This document shows positions 24,565-37,152 of a stretch of 64,000 nt of DNA, piece by piece. This stretch comes from Saccostrea echinata (taxonomy: Eukaryota): positions 20,708,001 to 20,772,000 of the forward strand of contig NW_026889761.1 in assembly GCF_033153115.1 (NCBI RefSeq), in the 5' to 3' direction. Each line of letters begins with the position of its first letter. Position 1 is the stretch's first letter. Position numbers and translations under genes: made by a program. Below the pieces are notes generated by a model. It searched no databases and was not told where the DNA came from. It worked only from the letters and a program-made list of their open reading frames with translations.

Positions 24565-27100
24565 ATGGCTGCTAAAGACCGAGCACAACATTTCATAACG
24601 TGTGAAAAGTGCCAAAACCCTGTAGAATTTACTTGTGTTCCGTGTGAAATTAAACTCTGTGGAGAATGTTCTTTGAACCACATGCGCACGAAATCAAAAC
24701 AAGGACATGAACTCCGGGGATATTCTCGGTCTTTGACACAGCAGTGTGACATACACTTTAATTTTACATGTGATGTCTATTGTAAGTCATGCTCTACTCC
24801 AATCTGCAGTGAATGTGTCGCAACAAATGAACATAAACTTCACGACCTTTCATCAATGTCAATAATAACTAACTTCTTCGAAACATTGATTAAAGAAGAA
24901 AGTAATGAATTACAAACAAAAGTGAAACGCAACTTTGCGAAGTGTGTACAAGATATCGACAGAAATCTGTGTACGGTTTCTAAGCATTTTGCAGGTGTCA
25001 GACAAAAGCTTAAGCTTTGGGTTGAAAAATGGCATCATGAAATTACGTCTCTTGAAGAATCTCTTGGAAAAGAACTAAAAGATGCAGAGGACAAGACTTT
25101 GAGGACTTTGAGAGAGGAAAAAGCTCTCATGGAAAGTAAGATTGAAGAGATAAATGAGTCCATCAAGAAGTACGAGGACATGCATGCGTCAGAAAACCCT
25201 AAACTTCTCGTCAAATTTCAGTCTAAGCTAGACCAGCTCAGTGAATTACCTACACTGAAAAAACTTTATGTCTTCGACTTTATTTCTGCTGAATTTCCAT
25301 TTGATCTGAGAATCGTTTTTGGAAATTTCAAATCTTTTATTTGGCCTGTCGAATTTAGAAGTCTCTCAGAGATGAGAACATCAAAGGAAAGTAAGAAGTC
25401 GAACTTATGATTTCTTTAATAAAATAAAATTCATCTTTCTTTACGAGGGGTGATCAAAGCCTTCGCGAACTATTTCTATATTTACAAATCCACAATTCAA
25501 ATCAGAAAAAAATTTGGCACACAAAAAGTCATAAACATGTTCTATATATAGCATATGTCATGCAATTTTTGGTCCATGTTTATGACGCCACAATATGAAA
25601 ATGACGTCAATATGTAGGTGACTTGTGACGAAAAATGGGTTACTCAGTCTTACTCATGCACGGAACAGCTGTAAATTTTAACTTAAATCTTGGAAATTCC
25701 TTTGCAGTGGCATATAATAATATGTACAGGGTTTATGAAAACAAAGGACTTGCAAGAAGTTCAATCATTAACTGGATTGATTGTTTTAGTGAAAGAAGGG
25801 AGAGAGTTAAAAATGATGTTCGTTCTGGTGCCCAATGAAAGTCTGCTGGGAAAGAGATGTGACATTAGTTGAGCAATTTGTTTTAAAAGATCGCCACGTT
25901 ACAGTTTAAAAAATACTTGAATATCTTAACAATAAAATATCAATTAAATCCCTAAAATATCATTTACTACAGATTTTAAACCTATCAGATATGATAAACA
26001 GAACGCTTCCATACTTGATTCACAATTTAAAAACGACGCATCGAAGACAGAAGAGTCGGGTTGTGATGGTCACCATGCTCATTCTGGTAAAAGATATCCT
26101 TATCCATCCACCCTATGTCCGAGATTTGGCAATTTGTGACAAAAGAACTTTTCTTCTTATAAAAAATAACCTGCATAGTAAGAAATAGAAGACTCGGAAA
26201 AATCTTTTAGCTGCTGTGAACAGAACGCTACGGCGCATGTCACGTGAAAGCCTGAACCACGTGTTTCTCGCATGGGCAGAACGGTTGCCGATGTGCATTA
26301 AAACCGGAGGGGACTACTTTTAAAAAAAAATAATACACACTACTTTAATTTCTTTTATGGAAGTAATTCAATTAGTTTGCGAACTTTTTGATCACTCCTC
26401 GTAAATATGATTTCAATCCTTGAGGTTTCAATTATTTATTACAATATACTTTAAGGAGATCAAAGAGTCTTTAAGAAAAGGTAATTAACTTAAATATCAT
26501 TTTAAATGTATCTTGATGTTTATCGAATCATTTATTTGTTCCATATGAGTAATTATATTTTTTTTGTTAAATTCAGTATTGTCATTTGTTAACAAGCAAC
26601 ATGGAAACTTAATCAACATCCATGACGATTTGCACGACGAAAAGGGTACGTCTTCACAATTTAAAAGATGTTTGATCCAGCTACATCCTAAGCTTTTTCT
26701 TTGTCTTCGAAAGTCAAAGCTCTTCCGTGAAAAGTTAGATGCATTTCTTAAAGAAGTGGAAGCCAAACCAATTTGGTCAGAAAGCGAAGGTTTTGACGAG
26801 GAAGCACATTTGTGCATAGAAAGTACAAATGCAGCTTCACATATGAACGACGCGTGGAAAACGATTATTTCGGATTTACTGACAGGCTTTCTTAATAATT
26901 GGAAGATACGGCATATTACTGTACCTACTAGTCTCTGGGATAGAGTACTAGGAGAGTTAAGAACTATCTGGATCCCTAATCCTGAAAACATAGTTTGCTA
27001 CACTGAGAAAAAACAGCGGAAAATATTTGTTATAGGCCAAGAAAGAGACGCAGATACCTTGACATCAACTATTGAAAAACTTGTGCGTACGGGTATTTAG
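24565..27100 (+). CDS. RING-less TRIM-like protein B (paralog of 12774-15024), 449 aa as modelled
   Basis: Exon 24565-25390 (826 nt, same length as paralog A; A|GTAAG) and exon 26577-27100 after TTCAG, in frame, with no stops or frameshifts. A possible further donor G|GTATTT lies just before the stop. Confidence 0.8.
25444..26401 (+). mobile_element. Decayed mariner transposon in TRIM-B intron
   Basis: TA-CGAGGGGTGATCAAAG..TTCGCGAAC / GTTTGCGAACTTTTTGATCACTCCTCG-TA. Transposase remnants WIDCFSERRERVKNDVRSG (HTH) and HPPYVRDLAICD (HPPYSPDLAPCD motif); internally deleted. Confidence 0.9.
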
Positions 27101-28562
27101 TTATATAAATAGGAAAAAAAATCGTCACTGGGAACTCTTTATAGACCATCAATAAATGAACATCTAGTTACAGATCCTGTGAAATAAGGTTCATCTCATT
27201 CGTTTAACAATTGCCGCATTACATGCGATTGTTTTTGTATAATAGCTAGATGTACATGTATAACAACGCAACTTTCTGTAGAATAAAAGGAATTATAGAT
27301 AGTCCACTTAACCATCAGTTTATCTCATAATTAATAAATTAGTATTTAAGTCTAGTGTTTACATGTAATTATGTACTGACTATTGGCTTTGTTAATGACA
27401 TGACTATTCTACTATGGATGGAAGTTTAAATTCAAGCATTTTAAACAACATTTGCAAATTTAAAATGCTTCCATCATTCTGTAAAATTCGTACTTTAAAA
27501 GTTGCCTTATGAGACAGACTCATGTTTTCATTTTTATGCACATGTGCTTAGCAATGCACATTGCATGTACATTTATTCATTTAATTAATATTTTTATTTG
27601 CAGCACACTTCTACAGCTGAATCATATAATTATTCATTTAGCCTGTAGTTAGGTGTAGTGATTTTAAATTGTTATTTTCCAGAGAGGTCCAGAGTTAGTC
27701 TCAGGGCTCTAATTATATTCTGGCCATGGTCATTATGTATCTGTTAATTTCATTGGTTTTTAGTTTGTCTTATGCTTTTGGATTGGATTTTGTTTGTGGT
27801 TTTCTTTGTATTTTTGGTGAATTCTGATTTAGCAGTGAAAAGTTATGGTCATTTTTAAGTTCTGGTGACTAAGTTGGGCAGACATTATCATCATATAGGA
27901 ACTTTGACATAGAGACAATTCTTTCCGCTTGCATGATAAGTAATTCTGTAAAACTAAAGGTTAATAAATATGATTCTCATTCTATTAAATATGAAATCTG
28001 TAATTTTAATTTTAATTCCTTGAATCACTTTTGGAGTAAATGAATAGTGAGAGTGAGACCTTAAAATATAAGTTAGGTGTAAATAGTAATTCATGAATGT
28101 CTCAATGTTTAATAATTTAAAGTAAACTTTGTTTTATGCTTAGTAGTTGTTCATTGTTGATTTGTTAATATTATTCCTACAGCTGTCTACTGAATACAGC
28201 TTATATATGCTGTTATGGCCCATTCCCCTTGAATGGTATGGATAATATTGTTTTTATGCCAAAGAATAATTAATGATGCTAAATGTTAACAATTTGTTAT
28301 TTCATTATAGGGTCTCTTTACTGTTTCTGATTCTATCTTAATAAAGAGACCGCCTTGTCATAAACTCGAATCAACAGCCTTTGTTGTCATTGATTCCATA
28401 TTATGACCATCATACAAGTCTGTTACACTTATATATTCTTTAACAGTACACATATAATACTCCTCTTTTATCTTGCATTAAATAAAAAAATATATTAATT
28501 TGTTGTATCTATTTTCTACATAGCATCAAAACATCGCTGAAGGCACATTAATGACATTCTAA

Positions 28563-31500
28563 TCATGTTCCAAAATTTGATACTCCGAAAGAGTTAAACC
28601 ATCGATCGACTAGGAAATCCATCCAAGCGGTAGGTAGGTAGCTATTTAACCGGGCGTAAAACTGAAAATAGATATAAAGATTGAAAAAATAAGTACTACA
28701 CCAGGGCATTTACTACATATCAATCATCATATTTTTTTTTAATTTGCCTTTCTAAATTTTTAAAATTAAACAATTAAACACTTTTTTATATAAATGCTTG
28801 TACACGGCGGGTGTGACCGGTCGGCAGGGGATGCTCACTCCTCCATGGCACCTGATCCCACCTCTGATGTTTGGAGGTCCGTGTTTGCTCTGCTCCTATT
28901 TTGTATTGTATAATGGACTTTTGAGCTTGAATACTGTTCGTTATCTCCATATATTTCATTGTACAACTTAAACTATGCTTTAAAGGTTATATACCACATA
29001 CTCGTACCCTGTAATTTAGGAAGATATGTGACTGTGTTGCAGAATTATTTAAAGTACTTGTATTAAAAAACCTCAAAAGTGAAAGGCGTAGAAGGTTTTC
29101 CCTCCCATGAGTAATAAGTTAATTTCTTTAATGCAATGCAGGTCTCTTTCATTGTCTAAATCACTCTTTTAACTGCTGCGTTTAAGAAACCATATGCCAG
29201 CAAAGAAAAATAAAACAAAAATTAAACATCAACTGTAGAGATAAACTAAACTTACGCAATAGTAATCAATGAGCCCCTTGCCACCATCCACTAGGTATCT
29301 ACTTTTAGGATTTTCTAGCGTCACAGCGTCAACAAATGCGTCAATGACAGGATTGATCGTGGAATAGGAAGGGTCAGGTGATTTTTCTAGTCCAGAAAAC
29401 TGGGATTCCAGATACTTCCGGCCATAGGCTTGTCTCACTTCTGTGTCGGCATTGTTCCACATTTCATCTACGTCTTTTTTCAGGCGTTTTAACTTTAATT
29501 AAAGTGTAAATTTACTTGTAAGTCCAATCAAGGCACACGGCTCCAAATTAAAATAATAATACAGTTATTTTTAAAGTCTTTTTATTGAAGCTTTTTATCA
29601 AATCTCGGCTGCAGAAAAAAATATTTTCACATATTTTCACATGTTGAAAAGAAAAGCAAGACTGAGTTTGGTGAGGTGCCATCAAATTGTTGTCAGAAAG
29701 TAGCAAATAAAAAGCAGATTTACTATCATAGCATTTTGGTTGTCCTCAGAATCATTCAAATAATTAATTTCAAATTTTTACAAGAATATGGGGGGGGGGG
29801 GAGATATTTCAATGTTAGTCTTCTAAAATTAAGGATTATAGAGCATTTTCCAAGAACCGCCACATGTAAATAACAATCTTCAATGTAGAAAGCAGTTGTG
29901 CTGCAGAAAAAAATCTTGATTTTCTCCAAAAAATCTTAAGTAGGCAGAAGACGAACTGTTTCAATCGAACAAGCTTACACTGTATAGATTAAATCTTCAG
30001 GTTAAGTAAGAATTAATGATGGACATACATTGGGACCTTTGAGAATTCCGGTCACTCCTCCAAATTCTCCTGGTTCAACTATTACAACTTTTACTCCAAA
30101 CTTTCTCATTTCAAGTCTCAGGCAGTCAGAGAAGTTCTCCCCGCCATACTTAGTGATTCCATAGACCGATATTCTAGGAAGTGACACACGCCCTTTAACA
30201 CTTGTATTATTTACAATTCGACCTATTAGGAATTAAAATTATTATTGTATATTACTCATACATGCACATTCACTTGAAGAATTCTTATATTTTCAGAAAA
30301 TGCATGTTCTAAATACATATCATGGTTAAAACTCTTTAAGAAGAGAACAACCCATTTTATGGTAAGGAAGGTAAGATGCTGAGATTCCCTAAGTTGTTCT
30401 ATGTGTGATTTTGGATATGCTGCATAATACAATTTTTAAAAAAGCAAATGATTTCTATTTCTAACAAAGTCTTGAAAGAGAGAGAGAGGAGCGGTCATCA
30501 TTTTTATTAATATGATCATATTAATCATGATGTGGTCAATATATAGGAAGGAGAGTACACACTGAAAAATATTTTTTCATATGGTTATGCTCTGGTTAAA
30601 GGACTTTTGATTATTGTTAAGTTTTTTTTCATTTTCTTTCTACAAAAAATTGCATCTTATTCAAACTTCAACTACTCAAATACAGTTTGATAAATGTAAC
30701 AGTTTTAGACAGAAAAATATTCATGCAGACTCACAATGTATGATCCTGCTTAAGGCCTTTAATGTCTATTTTTGCATTTCTTCGTAAAGTACCGAAAATA
30801 TTTATAATCATAATTATCTTCCTATTTCTTAACTGTCTTCAAAATGTCTTAAAAATACATAAAGCAAATATTGCATATCAGCAATTCAAGATATTCAGTA
30901 GGTTGTATAGGAAATACCATCCTTTGCAATCTTGCACAAATGTCTGGTTTTGTGAGGAAATTCTTGAAGAAGCAACACTTAAATTGCAAATTCTTGGGAT
31001 AAATTATATATTTTTGAGGAATGCGTCTGACATGAATACCTTTTGATTTTCTAATCATTGGTAGAAATATTTTCGTGACGTTTATCATGCCGAAAAGATT
31101 CACTTCCGCTATACGTCTGTACATATCCATCGTACAAAATTCTATATCGCCCCAACAGTCAATACCAGCGTTATTAACAACAGCCCAGAGTCCTACAAAT
31201 TAATGTTGTACAGGTACATGATTAAGTTAAAATTAAAAATCATAAATTAAAAGGAAATATAGGCGATTTCGCAAAAATTATTTTTAATCGAGTAAAATAA
31301 ATTAAGGTAAAAAAGAAATTGTTAAACAAAAAGATTATAATTGATGACGGAAAAACAGTAACTGATAAAGTATGTTTCCATGCGAAAATTGATAAGATAA
31401 AAGTTACATCTAAAAGGTCAAATTGAATTTTAAAAGAATAATATAACAAGGTAACAAAGAGATAATAGTAAATTTCATGTATAATTTAAAAATTAAAATA

Positions 31501-32643
31501 TTTTATTTAAAATTCCAATGAAAATCTGCGTCTTCTTTATATGATATAGATATATAATTACCACATCCAGTTTGTTTGTGTATCGTCTCTACGTAACTTT
31601 TGGCACTTCTAATTTGGTCATCTTTGGTAACGTCTAGTTGGACAACGTGAAGACGTTTAGAACATGATCTCGCTAATTCTGCTGCTCCAGGTCCATCTCC
31701 CACCAGACACCCAGCAAACACATGAAACCCCATCTTATCCAGGCGCTTCGCCAGGTCGTGTCCTATACCTGAAAGGAGAGGAAATCCACTTGAAGTGATG
31801 CCAAGATGAAGATATTTAGGAATAGAAAGTATGCCGGTACTGATTGGCAATTGTTATCAGCTTCTTTATGATTAAGACTATGTATAGTGTGCAGTCAAGA
31901 TATTTATGAAGCATAGTGAAATAGGGTTTTTAACTTAGAACAAATCTCAAGTATATGTGCAACTTACTTGATCATATATTTACTTAACTTTGAATTATGA
32001 ACAAAAATTTTCAATCCTTTCTAAGTACTCCAGGAAGTTATAGTGTCACAATTTTTACAATATAGCATTTTCAGCCCATTTCACATACAACATTATAAGT
32101 TATAATGTTGAGCGGCTACAAGTAAAGGGACTGTTCATTATTCTCATAAATCTGTCGCAAGAAAACAAATCTGCATACGACAGTCCTTTAATACATGCTT
32201 CGTCCAACAACATTGGTACAAAATTATCGAAAGCTCAGCTTAAGGCATTTTCAAAAGCCGCTGTTACACGTACATGTGTAGCAGAAAAGTAATTCTATAA
32301 AGCTACTCAAGAAATCAAGCCTACGGTATTTCCAAACCAGCCATACAGGTTACAACTCTAAAATACATAGATTTATGTACTAATAACATTAACCTATCCA
32401 GCTACAAATAATTTACAGAACAATCCCAGTGTACATCTGTAAATGGAAATAAAATTTTCTGTGTTAAACGTTCAGCTCAATGGTTAGACGGTACAGGGCA
32501 TCTTAATTTGTATACCTACCGGTGTCACATCCGGTAATCAAAACACCTTGACCATTGACTGTAATTCTCTGTGTTTTGGAGATACGGGCATTATACAGAT
32601 ACCACACAATAATCAACACCACCAAAAGAACCACCTGCCACAT
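28563..32643 (-). CDS. Short-chain dehydrogenase/reductase A, BDH1/retinol dehydrogenase (SDR9C)-like, 337 aa
   Basis: Exons 32643-32520, 31768-31562, 31192-31040, 30222-30029, 29492-29256, 28661-28563 (1014 nt). N-terminal hydrophobic anchor, [24 protein letters not shown], catalytic YGITK, VEPG. Confidence 0.93.
28803..28958 (+). mobile_element. Solo 3' end (~155 bp) of Penelope-like element in SDR-A last intron
   Basis: Complete family 3' motif, flanked by a TTGTACA-like direct repeat. Confidence 0.75.
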
Positions 32644-33554
32644 ATCTAAAACACAAAAACGAGAAATAACAATTCATGAAATGCAAATTACAAATTGCGA
32701 TATGCAGTTCAGGCACAAGACAACATCCTGATGTATGGGTACAATCTATTTACATATTATCAACGTTTCCTACCTGTTTATGGCACTCTCTGTTGAACAA
32801 TTGATAACAAAGATTAGTAGAAATGTAGGACACTGGATTCCTAAATGCATACCTATAGAGTCTGAAAATCAAGGTCACGAGATCTTAATTTTGTACACAC
32901 GTATACACGTTTGAACGATTGTCATGTTTGAAGAAAATTGAAAATATGTATTTTGAACATTTTCATGGACACTTTCACAAAATACACAGCTAGCTTTTTC
33001 CTTTAAATATAGTGAAAGGAATAAAATGCAGTTCACACTAAATATATAGCAAAATATTTACTCACCATGACTTTCCTGATTATTGGGGAAGTTTTTTGTT
33101 AATATATCGTGAAAGGAAAAAGGGCTAAAAACAAGTTTTTCTTTAAAATAAAGTAATCGTGTAATATTCAGATGTCAAAGTTGTGGCCTACGTAATGGAA
33201 TTAGAATGTGCAGAACAGTCAATTAGCTAATAAACGAATAAACTAATGTACGAATTAGAATTACTCGAAACATCATTGAATGAATAAACTACTCTGAAGG
33301 GAAAGAGTGTACGTTTTCGGAAGTAAATGAAACTCTTGCGCACATAGAGAAATTCACCATGTAACTGTTACAAAATTTAGATCCCTAAAAATGCACTAAA
33401 ATGGTCCTTCAGTACTTAACAGGTTGCAAAAAATCACCTGAAGTTATCAAATCATAGTAACATAGAAGGCCATCGCGATATGTGTGCGCAAATTGTTACA
33501 TTTGCTGAATGCCTTACATGGAATTAACTGTGATCAGCCGAAGGCGATGACAAA

Positions 33555-36140
33555 AATTGTTCAGAAATTGTTAATGTGCGTGAAACCAAAGGTTCGCTTA
33601 ATAAATGAATATCGGGCATAGATTTCAAATTAACAATGCGGGCAAGCATCTTCTATCCAAGCACTTTGATTAACCTAGTCATTCTATTTTATCAATGAAA
33701 GTTAGAATTTTAGAAAAGATTCACCATCATACTTATAGCTCATCATTGAGTACAGCTTTCAGAGACAAAGAGAAGAATATTGGATTACAAAACTAAGCAC
33801 GGCCTTTCCATATCGATGCAATGACAATGTCGATAGTGATGGGAATCTTTCCAGTCCACAGTGTAGCAATATGAATGTGATGGGATTTTTAACAATACTC
33901 AGAGACGTATGCGTAGTCATGGACATCAGTCTTACAATAAACCTATTATACACGATGACTCCTTTGATTCACTACTGCCTTATGTAAATAAACAGTTAGG
34001 TCTTTATTACATTCAAACCAAACTTTACTCCGTCCCTTGAAATTTTTTAACAGCCTCTATGATTAAGTCGAGTGAAGTCCATATTTGGATTCTTCGACAC
34101 CAGAAAACAGACTCGGATCTGTGATTATGGATATTGCAAACCATATGTTTTTTAAATCGCCACGTTGTACGGAAGAAAATTCTGCTAAAATAACACGTTT
34201 TTCCCTTTAAACTTCAATATACCAACATAGGAATTGACGCCGTTAGCATACATGTAAGGAATATTCTGAGTCACAAAGGTTCCAGTCTTTTGAAGTTGAA
34301 GTCAGCACCTTGTATTTCTTACAATTATACATCGACAATTGCTTCAAGTCTTTTTAATTACAACTCGAAAGGGCCTAAATATCGAACATTTGAAACTTAA
34401 TCCTCCAACGTTTCATGTTCTTGTTCACCCTACATCTATAGTCCTGCTGGACACGTCATTACTGGTGAGGTAAATATAGTAAATAAAGAGGACCCTAAAT
34501 AACTTACTTAAAAAAGCCAAAATTTAGGGAACCTCAATTTTTCAACTGGCGTCATAATTCCATAAATATTATGCATTCTGTGGAAGATTACGCAAGGCGA
34601 TAGGCCAGACATAAAACACTTTGTCAGAATGGACTAAAGTATCAGATGAATGTTAAAATCTCTCATTCAGCAATTAAGGGGCAATATGAAAACCATCTCT
34701 CCTTCTCTGTTCAATAATTCAGAAGTGAAAAAATAATTAGATAGATTATACGACCAGTTTGTACTGAATTCAGCTGACAAAGTAGGTAACAACATTGTCT
34801 TTGTTTGTAAGGTTCATTATCTAAATTGTACATGTATTTAGGATGAACTTGGATTTAATTCTGCAAGTTTAGTCTAACTTATATCCAAAGCTCTCTTTCT
34901 TAGCAGGAAATTCTTCAAAATCATATGTCAGTTTTAAATATTTTTAACATTCCCAACAATCAAAATAAATTTGAATTACCATACCTATAATGGATTCCGA
35001 AACTTCAAAAAAGTCCTTACAAACAAAGATACATGGCGGATTCCAGTAAATGTTCCACAAAGTCTCTTCTTTACGTCTATCTAAAATTTCAAAAGCCGTG
35101 AAGGAGAGACTTCAGGAGTACAACAATATATTTGAGAAATGGTGTAAATCATACTTAAAAGTTCCAAGGAACTTTTAAAAAATTTGAAATCACAAGATTT
35201 TACCAAAATCATAAACATGAAAACGTACGACTTTTCAACACTTTATAAAACAATTCCTTACGATAAATTAAAGTTAAGACTTTTTGATATCATTGACAGC
35301 TGCTTTTTCAATAAAAATGAAATTTACTTACCTTGTCATTGTTCATTTGCAGCATAATTTTGTTAAAATACATTCTAATTGTACACACAAGTACTCTGAA
35401 GTTGATATTAAAAAGATGCTTGAGTTTCTGATTGACAATACCTATTTAGTTTTTTTAGATCAGGTCTTCCAACAATCTATCGGAATTCCCATGGGTACCA
35501 ATTGTTCCCCAATATTAGCCGACCTATTTTTGTATTCATATGAAGGAGAATTTATTCAAATATTTCTACATGACAAGAAGAAGACACTTGCTGTGGACTT
35601 CAACTCGACATTTAGATAAATTGATGTCGTAATATTGATAATATATAGTTACTCCCATTAATAAGTCGACTCGATATATCCAAGTGAGCTTGAAATAAAA
35701 GATATCGCAGAATCTCACACATCTGTTTCATATTTGGATATTTTACTACAAAAAGGTATTAATGGTCACCTAATAACCAAGCTTTATGATAAGCGTGATG
35801 ACTTCAACTTTTCAGTCGTGAACTTCCCTTCATTATGTAGCAAAATATCTTTATCACTTGCAGAAGGGGTTTACGTCTCCCAGTTGATTCGATACGCTAG
35901 AACATGCTCTACGTACGAACAATTTCTAACACAAGGCAAGCTATTGACAAACAAGTTGATGAAACAAAAATATCAACACTATCGTTTAAAGTCATCATTT
36001 TGCAAGTTCTATTGTTGATACAATGACCTTATCAGCAAATACAATCTATCAATAAGTCAAATGCTGACTGACGTTTTTCATACTAATTTTAGGCCATCAT
36101 TTACACACTGATTGTCTACGAATTTTTCCGATGTTCGGAT
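33555..36140 (+). mobile_element. Near full-length decayed Naiad-type Penelope-like retroelement (GIY-YIG endonuclease upstream of RT)
   Basis: EN remnants ETKGSLNK.ISGHR, KHF..PSHSILSMKVRILEKI, REEYWITKLSTAFPY.CND precede the RT motifs ADKVGNNIVFVCK, WIPKL, TYDFSTLY, GIPMGTNCSPILADLFLYSYE and KLYDKRDDFNF. Many stops and frameshifts. Confidence 0.88.
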
Positions 36141-36246
36141 CCTTTTTTCGGGGGTGGGGGCTTTCCGCTACATCGCTCTCTTTCTGATATATCTACTATT
36201 ACAATCATTGTACATGTAGAGAGAGATATTCGATCACGCTATAAAG

Positions 36247-36578
36247 GTTGATTGATAGATTGTATGTTGTTTTACGAGAATTTTTCACTCGAGACGTCAT
36301 CATATACCCCTAAGGGCTTCAAATTTAGACCTTTACTCGGCACTCAGGGCCATTGAGCAGAGAGGGGTCTTTATTGTGCCAACACCTACCGTGACACAGG
36401 GCCTCGGTTTTTAAGGTCTCATCCGAAGGACCCGCAATTTTCACTTCAAAGTGCCTAGCGTATGGCGAAGGAACAGTTGCTACCTTTTTCTATCGACTTG
36501 GTCAGTCGCGGCCGTGATTCGAACACACGACCTTCCGATCATGGAGCGAGCGCTCTACCGACTGAGCTACCGTGACGG
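36247..36578 (-). mobile_element. Full-length tRNA-derived SINE with 13-bp TSD
   Basis: Head GGTAGCTCAGTCGGTAGAGCG...GTTCGAATC, (CAAT)n-type tail, TSD TCACGCTATAAAG at 36234-36246 and 36579-36591. Confidence 0.92.
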
Positions 36579-37152
36579 TCACGCTATAAAGAAAACGAAC
36601 AGGATATTTCCGAATTCTGTACCTTTTTCATAAAATTCAAAACAGTTAAGAGAGTTAATTTTGTAATTAAACACTTTCAACGTTGCTTGTTTTAAAACCA
36701 GCATTACTTTCGATTCAAAGCATACATAGAGGTCACAATAAGGTGCTAAAGTAGGACATTTTATGGAATTTCTTCCATTTGCATGGAATTTCGTCAAATT
36801 TGATATTCTTTTCACTTCGGGAGAAGGGACATCACTAGTCATCTTTGAATAGAAAGACCTGATTCCCCCTTTCACAACAAACAGAAAAAGAATCGATATT
36901 CTTTGTTGTTGATTTTATTGTCTTCTTTTAAGAAAAAGGTTTATAATAGGGGTTTACTATAGCTAATTTAAAAATACATCTATAAGCGTAAACTATATTT
37001 GTGCTTATTAAGAAAACAGCATTATTTTCAATACCTCTTTCCTGGAGAAATTCTTTTCCTTTATTTTGAAAAAAATTAAATCATTCATTTTTTTTAATGC
37101 AGCATTAAAAATATCACCAGAAACTTAAAAAATGACTATATAATTCTCTTTG

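Noticed and set aside
21500-27100. Duplicate as an uncollapsed haplotype artifact
   Set aside because: Copies differ by 10-35% at protein level and carry different transposon insertions, too diverged for typical alleles.
33060-33085. Upstream ATG|GTGAGT mini-exon of SDR-A
   Set aside because: Splicing to the acceptor at 32646 would be out of frame with the SDR; at most a 5' UTR exon or uORF, unsupported without transcripts.
36016-36018. In-frame TGA as selenocysteine in the Naiad ORF
   Set aside because: Other copies have CGA (Arg) here, e.g. near 48412, so CpG decay explains it.
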